A DNA stretch of 64,000 bases, from the IMG/VR virus record IMGVR_UViG_3300022562_001814, positions 104,738 to 168,737 of that record, one strand, 5' to 3'. How positions within the stretch are numbered: position 1 is the first letter of the stretch; each line of letters opens with the position of its first letter. Below, one piece after another: positions 1-11,629 of the stretch. The position numbers and the translations under genes were made by a program. This DNA is from a virus. The notes beneath the pieces are model-generated. The model saw nothing but the letters and a program-made list of their open reading frames with translations. It did not search any database and was not told the DNA's origin.

Positions 1-1
1 A

Positions 2-211
2 TTTCGTGGATATTTTAATAGTATGTCTTGGAAAGAATCTGTAGATAGATTAGGTATGTTTGATTACGATATACAGTTTACAGTAACTCAACGTCGTGGA
101 TATAGATATAATTATCTACCATTTCAACGTAGCGCTAATAATGGTCCAAGTAATAATTCTGAAGGTGGCGTACCATTAAGCTATGGAGTAGGACCTTCAT
201 TTGATAGGTAA
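2..211 (+). CDS. 3' end of a gene truncated by the window start; probable tail/baseplate protein
   Basis: The frame of ORF 23..211 is open back to position 2 (FRGYFNSMSWKES...FDYDIQFTV). It lies directly upstream of the baseplate module. Confidence 0.5.
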   Translation, partial: FRGYFNSMSWKESVDRLGMFDYDIQFTVTQRRGYRYNYLPFQRSANNGPSNNSEGGVPLSYGVGPSFDR

Positions 212-213
212 AT

Positions 214-933
214 ATGAAAGAAGAATTAAAATATTGTAAATATTGTGACAGTATGCAAATATCAAATACATTTCGTTACTTAAAATGTAGTAAATGTGTG
301 AAATTACAAAAAAATAAAGTTTATACAATATATTATAAAAATAATAAGAAAAAAATACTTCAAGTTCGGAAAAAATACTGTGAAAATAATTCAGAAAAAA
401 TAAAATCATATTATGAAAAAAATAAAACTATTATACTTATAAAGAAAAAAATATATAAACAAAAAAATGCGGAAGCCATATCGATATATAATAAAAAATA
501 TAAAGAAAAAAATAGAGAAAAAATTAATAAACAAAGACAAGAGCGTTATCATAAAGATGTTTTTTATAGATTAAGAAATATAATATCTACTACCATTAGA
601 AGTTATTTATATTCAAATAAAAGTAATAATTCTATTTATAATTATTTACCGTTCACAATACAAGAATTAAAACAACATTTAGAATCTCAATTTGAATCTT
701 GGATGACGTGGGAAAATTATGGAAGATATAATATTAAAAATTGGAATGATAATGACTCTTCTACTTGGACCTGGAATATAGATCATATAATTCCACAATC
801 TAAGTTACCTTATATATCTATGGAAGATGATAATTTTAAACAATGCTGGTCACTCAATAATTTACGCCCATTAAGTGCGAAACAAAATTTTATTGATGGA
901 GTTACTTTAATACGTCATATAAAAGAGAAATAA
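214..933 (+). CDS. HNH-family endonuclease (free-standing, homing-endonuclease-like)
   Basis: N-terminal CxxC...CxxC, a Lys-rich helical linker, and C-terminal IDHIIP...CWSLNNLRPLSAKQN. Closely similar to 43049..43741. Confidence 0.8.
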   Translation: MKEELKYCKYCDSMQISNTFRYLKCSKCVKLQKNKVYTIYYKNNKKKILQVRKKYCENNSEKIKSYYEKNKTIILIKKKIYKQKNAEAISIYNKKYKEKNREKINKQRQERYHKDVFYRLRNIISTTIRSYLYSNKSNNSIYNYLPFTIQELKQHLESQFESWMTWENYGRYNIKNWNDNDSSTWTWNIDHIIPQSKLPYISMEDDNFKQCWSLNNLRPLSAKQNFIDGVTLIRHIKEK

Positions 934-3900
934 ATGACAGATATTTTTGATACACTTGGTAATGTTTTAGAATCTCAATTTTCACTTGGTGAAAATAAAC
1001 TTCATAGTCTAGATATTGTTAGAAATGGGCATGCCGTTTCTTATGGGCGTCTTGGTGAATTCGCTGATAAATTTGATAAAAGCGCCGAACGTAGCTATAC
1101 AGAAGAGGGCTTTTATAGGACCGATTTGTTTAATCCAAGAGCGAAACAATTAGAAATCTGGATGCAAGAACCAGATGTTACTATTTTAGTTAAAAAACGT
1201 GCTTTTTCTTCATTAGTAGAGAATTATAAAAATGATTTATTAAATAAAGATGAGAGATTATTTATTAGAGCAAGTAAGTTTTTATTTCAAAATAAATGTA
1301 AACAAATTGCCGCCTATGAAAAATTAACTAAAATTTCTACTATCGCTACTGAAATTGGTGCCGTTGATTATCATTTATTACCTGTTTTATTTTCTACGAC
1401 AGATACTTTAGATTCAATTTTTGGTGGCACTAGCTCTTATCAATCTTTTAAACAAGTAGTTGATCGGGTAAGAACTATTACTAATTTATCTAAAGATAAT
1501 GTTTATACAACTTGGACCACAAATGTATTAAATTCATTTAGAACAGATTTGGGTGAAGGTACTGGTGTTATTGAATTTACAACGGCTGCCAGCATTAATA
1601 CAACTTCATCGATTCATTTTGGAGGTGGTAGTTGTAATATTACATTTGTAGATCCATACGAGCTAATGTTAATTACTCATAATGATATAGAGCAAGCTAT
1701 TGCAGATGCTACTAGTACAATTATGGGTAGTGCATTTACTCAGCTTGGATTAAGAGAATTAGAAAATGGTATACAATCGGACAAAACATTATTAAATAAA
1801 ATACGTGCTAGCAGAGGCGCAAATCCTATTAATTTTATTGTAAATCCAGATACTTTCTTAGGCAAAAGAGTTCGAGCTATTGTGGATGGGACTGGGCAAG
1901 AAATTAAATTTGACGGTTCATTATTTAAAGTTGATATTGACCCAGCATACATATTTCCGAGTGGCGGGCTTCTTGATGTAAATGGATTGAGTAATGGTAA
2001 ATTACCAAGCGGTGATTTAGCTAATGCAATAGATACAATATTTGATACTTCTATAGCTCAACCAAATACCGAAGTTAAAATTTTTGAAAGTATTGTTAAA
2101 CGTATATTTAATCAAATTCAAATTAATACTAATTCCAGAAAAGTTAGTAAAAAACATAATGCAAGTACCAATACTTTAAGAAAAAAATTAAGATTACATT
2201 ATGGTTCTAAATTAATTATTCAGCCTATGGATTCGGTGCATGTATTCATTAGCTCTAAAACTACGGTTGATAATAAAATTTTAGGGGGATTACAAGATTC
2301 TTTAAATGCTGTTGGATTTTTACAAACAGCAAATAAAGCTTTAATGAATTTACAGGATTTTTTTCATGCAGGAAAAGATAATTCAATTGAAAAAGCATTA
2401 TTTGTAGGCAAAGACTTTCCTAATTGGTTATGGCTTATGATGCGTAATCAAATTACAACGGATAAGAGTGGTACTCAAGTTTTTGCGGGGTTAGTAGAGA
2501 ATAATAGCTCTAATTATGATAATAATACTTTTACAGTTAACATAAGTGCTAAAGATAATTCTTCTTATTTTAATTTTGGAGTAGTGAATTATAAACCGGC
2601 ACTTGATGTTTGGAACGGTTCTCTTTTTGATCCTATCACTCCTTTTAATATTGAATTTGATCGAGCAACTGGGTTTCAAAAAGATCAAATACCAGAACTA
2701 TTACAAGAGAATCAAGATTTATTTAAATCGGCTTTTATTAAATATAAAAATGGAATATATGTAGGAAAAAAACCAACTGTAAATAATTTTGTACAAGATA
2801 CTGACACTATACAAAACGCTTCCGTAAGACGAATTTTTTATGATCCAGACGGAATGGTGTATAAATGGAAAGAAGGTATTGGTACATTAGTAATGTTTGG
2901 AAATAATTACGAAGAAAATCCGTCCACACATACTTCTACCCCACCAACTACTAATGATCCGTTTGCGGGACAAGATGTTATGAATGTTTTGTCTTTAATG
3001 GTAACTGGAGAGCCTTATAATTTTGCTACCTTCTATAAAGCGGCTTCGCAATTTGATAGTTTTGGGCGAGATCCTCATACGGGTGGAGATCCATCAACAT
3101 CATTTTTTAGAAATTTTCAAACAGATCTTAAAAAACGTAATTTATTATATGGTAATTTCGTTCCTTTTAAAAAATTAGTTACAGATACTGAAACTTATAA
3201 AAATGTTTTAAATGGAACTATTAGAACCGAAAGTTTTGAACGAGAATTAAATGAATTATTAGAACAGAGAGCCGATCTTATAGATAGACAAACTTATCTT
3301 GGCCCCGATAATATTAATGCTAGAAATTTACAACCTAGAATTAATGAATTAAATAAAAAAATAAGTGTAAAAAAACAAAAAATAGCAGATGAATTAAAAC
3401 AAATAAATAAACCTATTAGTTTGATAGGTAATGATGTCAGTTTGGATTATAGTTCAGATAATTTATTAGATGCAGGAAATAAAAATAATTTAAGTGATGC
3501 AGATAGATTAAATAGAGATTTAAGAAGAAGGATTCATTATCTTACTCGAAGATTATCTTGGAAAGTAAGAGCAAATGAAGATATTAATTTATTTATTGTA
3601 GATGACTCTTATGATAAAGATTATGATATTCAGGAATTTGAAAAATCATTCACCAATCCAGATCTTTTTAGAAGTGAATATACGACCGTTGATGAACAAA
3701 TTAAAAGAGTAAGCCAACTTCTAGATTTAGAAGTATTTGCTGACACTCAAGGACACATTAGAGTTCGTGTACCTCAATATAATAAAATACCAAGTAGCGT
3801 ATTTTATAGAATGATAAGATTGAAACAAGAATTTGATATTCAACTTTATCCTCAATTTTTAGAGGATCTTTATGTTACACAACTTACTAATATTTTAGAT

Positions 3901-5736
3901 AGATTAGAAATTATTGAAGATGAAATTCGTATGTATGGTTTAGCTCTGGGATTAAACACAGATGCTAAACTCGAACAATATATTTCTACTAAAGGTCCAA
4001 ATATTCCAGGTAATAAAGTTTTTACAACTTTTAAATTTATTTCAGACGAATCTACAGGCGCTACTTCCAGAATTATTTTAAAAGATTTATCATCAACTGA
4101 TAATCCTGATGAAGTTTTGCAATTATTTAGTAATGGATTAAATGCAAATAATTCTCTTAGCACACAAGCCACCGTTAATAATATTTTAAGTACATATTCA
4201 AGAGTTGATCTTTTAAGTCAAACGACTCAAGCATTTATTGGTAAAGATGTTAATAGTATAACTTCTAATGAAGGAGATCTGAATAGAAAAGAAAAAATTG
4301 CAGATAGATTGTATCAAAAATCCGGACAAGAATTCGATTTAAAACAACTATTTACCAATAGTAATAAATTATTGGGAGGAAAATCTGTTAGTCAAGGAGA
4401 TTTATTAAAAGTTTTAAATGAAATTTCAACTAGAATTTCTGAAAGACAACGTATTATTAAAATTGCGGCAAAAGCATTACAAAATGCTCAAGAAGGTGTA
4501 TCTTTAATTCAAAATAAAGGACAAATAGCAAATAAATTAATCACTCCAGGATTATTAAATAATAGTCAAATTCCACAAGGCTTTGAAGGCATTATTGAAG
4601 ATGAAAGTTATGATGATTATGGTCCTGGGTCTGGAAAACGTTACATTATTAAACCACAACATATTAAAAGTATGTCTATTACAGAACATGCTCCATCATT
4701 TACAAGTGTTGAAGTATCTGGAAAATTTGGTGATAATTATATAAATAATTTACCTGATAGCTTAAATGGATTTACTGGTCCTGGAAATGCATTAACTACC
4801 GCGCTTGCAGTTGATTATGATTTATGGCGTATGTATGGTGTTAGAATACCACAATCAATAAATGCACCATATTTAACCGATCCACAAACTCAATGTGCTC
4901 CGTTCGCAGTTGCTTTACTTAATAAAGCAAGAAAACAAATTCATGATGGTTCCACAATTAATATATTTGGTAATGAATATATGCAACCGGGAGAAGTAAT
5001 TTATATAGAACATCTTGATAATTTATTTTATGTAGAAAGTGTTCAGCATCGTATTAATTATGGTAGAGAATTTTCTACTTCATTAAATGTATCTTATGGT
5101 CATATGCCGGGACAATATATTCCAACTTATCTAGATACTGTTGGAAAAATTCTATACAAAAATAAAGATATTACTAATTTTGTTAATATTAGACAGGATA
5201 ATGTTAATAATGAACAACATATTGGTACTATTATTGGTAGTTCTGATGGTACATTTACTAGTCCAAGCGATCAAATCAGTAAAGGCATTTATGCACAGTT
5301 AAATAGACAGACATTGAATGATATATTGCAAGCAGCTGATTCTGCTTTTAGTGTTGCTGGAGCTAATTATCAACCAACTCTTGAATTAAGAATTTATTAT
5401 GCTTCTAGTTCGGGTTTTAGTTCTTTCAGTCCTAATGCGCAAGCGCTAGCAGAAGCGATAAAACAATTTCTTATTGGTGCTCAAAATGGCTTATCAGAAT
5501 CATTTAAATTAAAACAACCTAGTTCATTTCTTAAAAATCAACAAGATTTTATTAATGTGGTGTCAATTGATTCCGATGATCCTGAAGAAAATAGATCTCC
5601 TTCCTCTCAAGCTTATAATATGGCTCGAGTTACACTTGATAAAAAATCAACAAGAAATGAAGCCAATGCTAACAAAGTAGATACAGTGATATATAAATAC
5701 GTAGTCGATTGTTGGATAAATTTTACAAGTGATTAA
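934..5736 (+). CDS. Large baseplate hub-like protein (gp27/gp44-type fold with large insertions)
   Basis: 1600 aa. Hub-like segments LEVFADTQGHIRVR and GNEYMQPGEVIYI...FYVESVQH...FSTSLNVSYG. Precedes the spike, gp25-like and J-like genes. Confidence 0.6.
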   Translation: MTDIFDTLGNVLESQFSLGENKLHSLDIVRNGHAVSYGRLGEFADKFDKSAERSYTEEGFYRTDLFNPRAKQLEIWMQEPDVTILVKKRAFSSLVENYKNDLLNKDERLFIRASKFLFQNKCKQIAAYEKLTKISTIATEIGAVDYHLLPVLFSTTDTLDSIFGGTSSYQSFKQVVDRVRTITNLSKDNVYTTWTTNVLNSFRTDLGEGTGVIEFTTAASINTTSSIHFGGGSCNITFVDPYELMLITHNDIEQAIADATSTIMGSAFTQLGLRELENGIQSDKTLLNKIRASRGANPINFIVNPDTFLGKRVRAIVDGTGQEIKFDGSLFKVDIDPAYIFPSGGLLDVNGLSNGKLPSGDLANAIDTIFDTSIAQPNTEVKIFESIVKRIFNQIQINTNSRKVSKKHNASTNTLRKKLRLHYGSKLIIQPMDSVHVFISSKTTVDNKILGGLQDSLNAVGFLQTANKALMNLQDFFHAGKDNSIEKALFVGKDFPNWLWLMMRNQITTDKSGTQVFAGLVENNSSNYDNNTFTVNISAKDNSSYFNFGVVNYKPALDVWNGSLFDPITPFNIEFDRATGFQKDQIPELLQENQDLFKSAFIKYKNGIYVGKKPTVNNFVQDTDTIQNASVRRIFYDPDGMVYKWKEGIGTLVMFGNNYEENPSTHTSTPPTTNDPFAGQDVMNVLSLMVTGEPYNFATFYKAASQFDSFGRDPHTGGDPSTSFFRNFQTDLKKRNLLYGNFVPFKKLVTDTETYKNVLNGTIRTESFERELNELLEQRADLIDRQTYLGPDNINARNLQPRINELNKKISVKKQKIADELKQINKPISLIGNDVSLDYSSDNLLDAGNKNNLSDADRLNRDLRRRIHYLTRRLSWKVRANEDINLFIVDDSYDKDYDIQEFEKSFTNPDLFRSEYTTVDEQIKRVSQLLDLEVFADTQGHIRVRVPQYNKIPSSVFYRMIRLKQEFDIQLYPQFLEDLYVTQLTNILDRLEIIEDEIRMYGLALGLNTDAKLEQYISTKGPNIPGNKVFTTFKFISDESTGATSRIILKDLSSTDNPDEVLQLFSNGLNANNSLSTQATVNNILSTYSRVDLLSQTTQAFIGKDVNSITSNEGDLNRKEKIADRLYQKSGQEFDLKQLFTNSNKLLGGKSVSQGDLLKVLNEISTRISERQRIIKIAAKALQNAQEGVSLIQNKGQIANKLITPGLLNNSQIPQGFEGIIEDESYDDYGPGSGKRYIIKPQHIKSMSITEHAPSFTSVEVSGKFGDNYINNLPDSLNGFTGPGNALTTALAVDYDLWRMYGVRIPQSINAPYLTDPQTQCAPFAVALLNKARKQIHDGSTINIFGNEYMQPGEVIYIEHLDNLFYVESVQHRINYGREFSTSLNVSYGHMPGQYIPTYLDTVGKILYKNKDITNFVNIRQDNVNNEQHIGTIIGSSDGTFTSPSDQISKGIYAQLNRQTLNDILQAADSAFSVAGANYQPTLELRIYYASSSGFSSFSPNAQALAEAIKQFLIGAQNGLSESFKLKQPSSFLKNQQDFINVVSIDSDDPEENRSPSSQAYNMARVTLDKKSTRNEANANKVDTVIYKYVVDCWINFTSD

Positions 5737-5742
5737 GGACCA

Positions 5743-7785
5743 ATGGTAGGAACGAGTCAAACAACAATAGGTCGTGTACCCGGTTTATTAAGACTAGGAG
5801 TTATTTTATCTTTTGATTCTGATGTTCTTGGTGTACAAGTTTATATTGGTTCTTTAAAAGAATATAATGCAATACGGCAAGATATTAATAATATTGTTTT
5901 AGCACAATTGCCAGTTAATTATTTTGCTGTTGGTAAACGTCCTCCAAAAAAAGCTTTTGTAGGCGGATATCCAGAAAGTGGTACCCCAGTATTAGTTGCA
6001 CAAGCAGATGGTGGACAATGGTACATTGTTACTATATTAGCTAAAGATCCTGCAGCATTAAATACTGTTATACCTTCAGTTCCAGAGCTAAATTCTGGCT
6101 CTTATATTCTCCAATATAATGATAATTATATTAAATTAGATCAAAATGACGGTATTACATTAGGAGAAGATAATAACAGTCTTATTTTAGATACAGGCAG
6201 GGACGTCTTTGTTGACACTTTTGATAATAAATATGTTTTTACAGAAGCTTCCCGTACTGTTGAAGGTATTATTAAAAGAGATGTGGAACCCAAAGAAGCT
6301 TATGCCTCTTCTTTAAGAGAATCAAATCCACAATATGATGATACACTTAAAAAAATTGGATTAGATCCTATAGCTGCTCAAAATTGGTCAAATATCGGTT
6401 CTTCAATTCGTAATCCATTACGAACTGAAAAAAGAGAAATTGTATATGAATTTGGGCGAAGTTTTAATATATTAGATGATGAGAAAGAGTTTTTATCATA
6501 TAAAGATAGTGCTAATATCAAGATAAGCGATATTTTAAATAGACGTGAAAGTCGTGCTGATGCTTTAAGTTTAAGTTTAGTTTCTCCTAATTATTTGATG
6601 GAAACGATAAAAGGTACCGTTGTTGATATTTATGGTAATGTATTAGATATTAACAGATCTGTTATTCCATTAGGAAAAATAGAAAAATTATCAATTAAAA
6701 AAATTAAAACAAATTTACAAGAACAAGATCCATTAGGAAATGTATTTCAAAATATTAAAGCTTTAGAAAGAAGAGAAATTGCTTATCATTTTGAGTTAAA
6801 TGCAAAGAAAAATGTTTTAGGTCCACCCGATGCCACAAAACGAGATGATTACGCTAGAGATCGTAGTAGATTTTTCTTAGATATTGATAAAGAGGGTGTA
6901 TTTAAACTAAATGTACCAGCGTCCAGTGAAACTGGTAACGTTCCATTATTAACTAGATATGAAAATTTTTCTACTATTACGCCAAATGAAAAAACTAAAG
7001 ATCCTAATGATTTAGTTTTTAATCAAAATACTCAAGATATTTTAATTGAATCTTTTATTGGTGATAATGCTGTTGTTGAAATAATAGATGAACTTAATGG
7101 CAATGCTTCTCCTTTAGATAGATTTTCATCTGAAAATAATCCTACTTATATTAAACACGGCACTGTTTATCATAATATAGCTGATACATGCAGTACGTTT
7201 CAGCAAAATAATATTATTTATGAACGAATAGTAACGACCAATTTGGCAACTGGACGAGTTGCTGATAAAGTAGATATTATAAAACAACAAATTAAAATTT
7301 CCGGAGATGATGCTGATGGTGGCGGAAGAAGCGGAAGTTTAAATTTTGATGGCTCTATAGAGGTTAATATTGGAGCCAATACTGTTGACCGTCATTCTGT
7401 TTGGCTTGATTTACAAGGCGCTTTAATTGGTAATGTTGGTAGAGATTTGCGTAATAATATTTCAGCAGCACTTCAATTTGACGGAGAAGTATTAATACAA
7501 AGTGGCGGTACCACGCCTAATAATGATAGTAGATTTATAAAATCAGGTATTAATAATGGTAGAAAACCGGGCGTAATAGATTTACGGGTTATTAATCAAT
7601 CGGGAAAAGTTAATGTAATAAGAATAGATAATGAAGGTATTACAATTCACGCTGAAAGTAGATTTACAGTGTATTCTCATGGAGATATAATGATGAGAAA
7701 TACTGGTACATTTAATATTGAATCTGATAATTTATTACTAAATGGACGCAAAGTACGTAAAGATACGGGGCTCGGTTCAATTTAA
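5743..7785 (+). CDS. Baseplate central spike (gp5/gpV-like)
   Basis: N-terminal OB-fold-like PESGTPVLVAQADGGQWYIV and C-terminal beta-repeat IRIDNEGITIHAESRFTVYSHGDIMMRNTGTFNIESDNLLLNG. Follows the hub. Confidence 0.6.
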   Translation: MVGTSQTTIGRVPGLLRLGVILSFDSDVLGVQVYIGSLKEYNAIRQDINNIVLAQLPVNYFAVGKRPPKKAFVGGYPESGTPVLVAQADGGQWYIVTILAKDPAALNTVIPSVPELNSGSYILQYNDNYIKLDQNDGITLGEDNNSLILDTGRDVFVDTFDNKYVFTEASRTVEGIIKRDVEPKEAYASSLRESNPQYDDTLKKIGLDPIAAQNWSNIGSSIRNPLRTEKREIVYEFGRSFNILDDEKEFLSYKDSANIKISDILNRRESRADALSLSLVSPNYLMETIKGTVVDIYGNVLDINRSVIPLGKIEKLSIKKIKTNLQEQDPLGNVFQNIKALERREIAYHFELNAKKNVLGPPDATKRDDYARDRSRFFLDIDKEGVFKLNVPASSETGNVPLLTRYENFSTITPNEKTKDPNDLVFNQNTQDILIESFIGDNAVVEIIDELNGNASPLDRFSSENNPTYIKHGTVYHNIADTCSTFQQNNIIYERIVTTNLATGRVADKVDIIKQQIKISGDDADGGGRSGSLNFDGSIEVNIGANTVDRHSVWLDLQGALIGNVGRDLRNNISAALQFDGEVLIQSGGTTPNNDSRFIKSGINNGRKPGVIDLRVINQSGKVNVIRIDNEGITIHAESRFTVYSHGDIMMRNTGTFNIESDNLLLNGRKVRKDTGLGSI

Positions 7786-7852
7786 TAAATAATAATTAGA
7801 TGTTAAAATTAATTTTGTTGATGGTATATATAAGCATAAGAAGAAATAAATA

Positions 7853-9949
7853 ATGCCTTGTAACCCCATCGACGATTCAGACGTAATACTTCCTGATTTA
7901 CCATCAGACTTTAACGGTTTGGCAGTCCCGCAATTACCTCCTTTTGATATTCCGTTTCCTAATTTACCTATTGAGGACTTATTAGATCTTTTTAATACAT
8001 TAAATATGATTTTGCCTCCAGGAATTTTGAGACCAAACTTATCTCCTCAATTTTCTAAAAATGTTTTGGATGCGATTTTATCATTATTAGAAAAATTTAT
8101 GCCATTTTTAATGTTGTATACATTTTTCATGCCAATTTTGAATATGATTTTATGTATAATTGAAGTATTATGTTCAATTAATAATCCATTTAAACTTATT
8201 AAAGCAATTATTAGATTATTTAGAGTTTGTATTCCCGAATTTTTGTCTTTATTTCCATTTTTGGCGTTAATAATGATGATAATTTCTTTATTATTGTTAA
8301 TTTTAGCATTAATTCTTTATTTAATAGAACGTATTATTGCTTTAATTAAACAAATTATCGAAAATATAAGAATTTTATCAGAAGCGGTTGCTTCAGCGGA
8401 CAATGATAGCGTTATTGCAATTACAATTAAGTTAGGGGATTTGCTTTGTATATTTCAAAACTTATTTGTATTATTAGGTGTAATAATTTTAATCTTTCAA
8501 CTAATTGAAAGATTATTAAATCTTAGTTTTAAATTACCACCATGCGATGATGATGATGGCAGTGATGATGGGTGTTGTACCACCGATGTTTGCCCTTCAT
8601 TTATTAAAAATAATAAAGAAATCACTTCAACCGGCACTTTACAATATTTTAATAAAGTTATAGAAACTGGAAGTATATTTGGTTCAGAAACTTTGCGAGA
8701 ATCTAGTTATCAATTATATGATGAAGCGGCAAGCACTGCATTAGCATTTAATAATATTACGCATGCATTCGATTTACCTAATGGTGTATCTCAAGTTTTC
8801 TTTCCCGAAGGTAAAACATATACATCAACATCTAATTCTAATGGAGTTCCTTACTTAGCCGATATAAGATTTTATTATGATCCATTAATTTTCGGACGTA
8901 ATGATACGTTAGGTGCAAGATTTATCAGAATTAAAAATTGTATTGTATTACAGGCTCCAGTTGATGGTGTTTATGATTATCAAAATAATTTAATAGAACC
9001 ATTTAATGGAACATTATCATTAGGTGGTGGTACAGCCTATGAAGATGATGGAATTACTGTTATGAAAGTATCTTCTTCTGACGCAGGTGCGGGAACTTTG
9101 AATACAGTTATCACATTGCCTGATACTGTTTCTGATAATCCAGTATTATCACCAACAGATGGATTAAAATTTGAACAAATAACATATACTTTTAAAATTA
9201 ATCACACAATTTTGGTTGCAGAAGATTTAATTACATTAGGATGCCATCCGGATGTTGCTTTAAATAAAAACTTTATGAATAGCACGATAGCGTCTAGATT
9301 AAATACAAATGCAGCTATTTTAAGAGGTATTACCTTACCAAATGTTCAAGACACACAAGATTGTATTTTAAATGCAGTAAATAAATTTAGACAAAGTGTT
9401 TCAGTAGAATCTGCTGAAACTCTACAATCTGAATGTATAGATTGTTTACATAATTTACAATCACAAGTCAATCAAGTACTAGGAGAAGTTATTGATGCTG
9501 GATTTGATCCTTATAATAGTGATTTTGAATTAGATCCGAGCATTCAATTTACTACAAAACCAATTAATGTATTAGTTACGCTAAATGAATCAAGTGGTAA
9601 TAATATAGCAACGAATTTGCCAGCTGAAGTTGGCTCCGATCTTGCGACCAATTTAAGTGCAGATATTACGTTAGGAAATATAACCGATTTTAGTTATGAT
9701 GGTTCTAGTCAATTTGTTGCACAAATTACAAGCTCTCAAGCCGGTAATGGTGTGATTAAAGTTGCTTATAACAATCAATTTATTAGTATTTTAAATAATC
9801 CTGCAGATACCACCCAAACGCCTAGCGTAACAACTAAAGAATTATTATATACATTTGTTCAATCTTCATCTGCTGCAACAGGAATTGGCGGAGATTCAGG
9901 AGCTGTAAGACGCGATGAAAGTGATGTAGCTAGAGATAATGGAGAATAA
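7853..9949 (+). CDS. Hypothetical virion-module protein with several long hydrophobic segments
   Basis: 698 aa. Hydrophobic runs such as FLALIMMIISLLLLILALILYLI and IFQNLFVLLGVIILIFQLI, a Cys/Asp patch, and a beta-rich C-terminus. Confidence 0.6.
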   Translation: MPCNPIDDSDVILPDLPSDFNGLAVPQLPPFDIPFPNLPIEDLLDLFNTLNMILPPGILRPNLSPQFSKNVLDAILSLLEKFMPFLMLYTFFMPILNMILCIIEVLCSINNPFKLIKAIIRLFRVCIPEFLSLFPFLALIMMIISLLLLILALILYLIERIIALIKQIIENIRILSEAVASADNDSVIAITIKLGDLLCIFQNLFVLLGVIILIFQLIERLLNLSFKLPPCDDDDGSDDGCCTTDVCPSFIKNNKEITSTGTLQYFNKVIETGSIFGSETLRESSYQLYDEAASTALAFNNITHAFDLPNGVSQVFFPEGKTYTSTSNSNGVPYLADIRFYYDPLIFGRNDTLGARFIRIKNCIVLQAPVDGVYDYQNNLIEPFNGTLSLGGGTAYEDDGITVMKVSSSDAGAGTLNTVITLPDTVSDNPVLSPTDGLKFEQITYTFKINHTILVAEDLITLGCHPDVALNKNFMNSTIASRLNTNAAILRGITLPNVQDTQDCILNAVNKFRQSVSVESAETLQSECIDCLHNLQSQVNQVLGEVIDAGFDPYNSDFELDPSIQFTTKPINVLVTLNESSGNNIATNLPAEVGSDLATNLSADITLGNITDFSYDGSSQFVAQITSSQAGNGVIKVAYNNQFISILNNPADTTQTPSVTTKELLYTFVQSSSAATGIGGDSGAVRRDESDVARDNGE

Positions 9950-9951
9950 TA

Positions 9952-11568
9952 TTGGTTACTGATGCACAAAGAAAATATTTCAATACTAATGATATTGTTG
10001 CGCCAGACATTGATCAATATTATTCTAAAATTATTGTAACTATTGATTCTTTTAGAAGTAAATTTAATGTTTTAAATTCTAATTTACATAAAACTATTGG
10101 TCTACAAAATTTAGATGATATTTTTGTAAGAAATGAATCTAATTCATTAAATTTTCAAGAAAGTCGATGTTCTGCCTTTTACAGAATGGTCGGATTTCCA
10201 ATTGTTAATGGTGAGGGAACAGATTTTTATAGCCCAGGATTTAATCCGTATGTAAATAAAGATAGTAAAAAACAAAATGATCGGTTAGCAATAGCTAACT
10301 CTTTATTAAATAAAAGAAAAGGTATATTAAATGATCGAGAAAGATATGGTATATCAAATTCTTTTATATTTAGAGCACAAGACGATAGTGCTAGTGCCTT
10401 AGCAATATCTTCTATTTTTACTAGAAATTTTGATAAACAATTAAAACAAAATATAGGACCATTAGAATTAGATAGGCAGGTATTTGAAGTACCAGATAGG
10501 GCAAATCTTAGTTTAAATTTTCCGGACTTATCATCTTTAATTACTATAAGTACACATATTTTAAAGCCGTTTGTTGTAGATCCTAGAATAGATCTAACCG
10601 TTATGCCTGCTGCCAATCGTATTTGTGCACCATTTTTGTTTGATAAATCAAAAACAAAATTATCAAATAATATAACATTAAAGCGTCCCTATATTGAAAA
10701 AGTTATTACTATTAGATTTAAAAACGCAAATGTACTTGAGAACCCCACTCAAGAAACAAATATTAATCAATTTCTCAGAGATTCTATTAATTTTATTAAA
10801 GATAATTCTGATATAACTGATATTTCATTGGTTGAGAGCATACCTAATGCTTCTAAAAATTTACACGGTTCTGAAATAAATATGTTTTTTAAATTTATAA
10901 GACAGATAGAAGCATTATTAGAAGAGTTGGCTAAAGCATTTATTGAAATTTCAAAAATTAGAACAACTATTAATTGGAAACCTATTCCAAGCACAAATGG
11001 TCCTGAATTCGGAAGTACGTTAAAAGACGTTGATAAAAATGACAAAGACAATAATCAACAAAAAGAACTTGATATTATCAAATTAGAGCTTAATAAAGTT
11101 ATTGCTAAAACAGAATTGGATTTGGGTCTTTCAACGCCAGATTTGGGAGATTATGTATTTTCTGATATTGATGATATGGCTTTAAATACTGCCCAAAATG
11201 ATTATCAATTTTACGATACTCAACTTAAAACATTATATAAACAAAGAAATGCATATGGTAATAGAGCAAATGAATTATTAAAAAATATAGAAATTATAAC
11301 AGGAGAATTTAGCGGTTTAGGTTTATTAGATATTTTTGCTATTCAGGCCGCTCTTTGGTCTATGAGTCCAGAGGGCATTATAGGATTAATAGATGAAGAC
11401 GCTCGTAATAGAGCAGATGAAAATACAATAAAAGGGAAAATTGATATAGTATTACCAGATTCTAGTAAACCAATATTAGAAGCGCTTACTGAATTTGAAA
11501 AAAAACTTTCAGAAATTTATGCTTTTATGGGCGGATATTATCAGGCATTATTTAATGAAGGAAGATAA
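9952..11568 (+). CDS. Hypothetical protein in the baseplate module
   Basis: 538-aa ORF with a TTG start preceded by GGAGA, tightly coupled to the upstream stop. Confidence 0.6.
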   Translation: MVTDAQRKYFNTNDIVAPDIDQYYSKIIVTIDSFRSKFNVLNSNLHKTIGLQNLDDIFVRNESNSLNFQESRCSAFYRMVGFPIVNGEGTDFYSPGFNPYVNKDSKKQNDRLAIANSLLNKRKGILNDRERYGISNSFIFRAQDDSASALAISSIFTRNFDKQLKQNIGPLELDRQVFEVPDRANLSLNFPDLSSLITISTHILKPFVVDPRIDLTVMPAANRICAPFLFDKSKTKLSNNITLKRPYIEKVITIRFKNANVLENPTQETNINQFLRDSINFIKDNSDITDISLVESIPNASKNLHGSEINMFFKFIRQIEALLEELAKAFIEISKIRTTINWKPIPSTNGPEFGSTLKDVDKNDKDNNQQKELDIIKLELNKVIAKTELDLGLSTPDLGDYVFSDIDDMALNTAQNDYQFYDTQLKTLYKQRNAYGNRANELLKNIEIITGEFSGLGLLDIFAIQAALWSMSPEGIIGLIDEDARNRADENTIKGKIDIVLPDSSKPILEALTEFEKKLSEIYAFMGGYYQALFNEGR

Positions 11569-11629
11569 ATAATCAATAAAATCAATAAGTTAAATGTTTG
11601 CAATAATATTGCATTGGAAAAGGATTATT

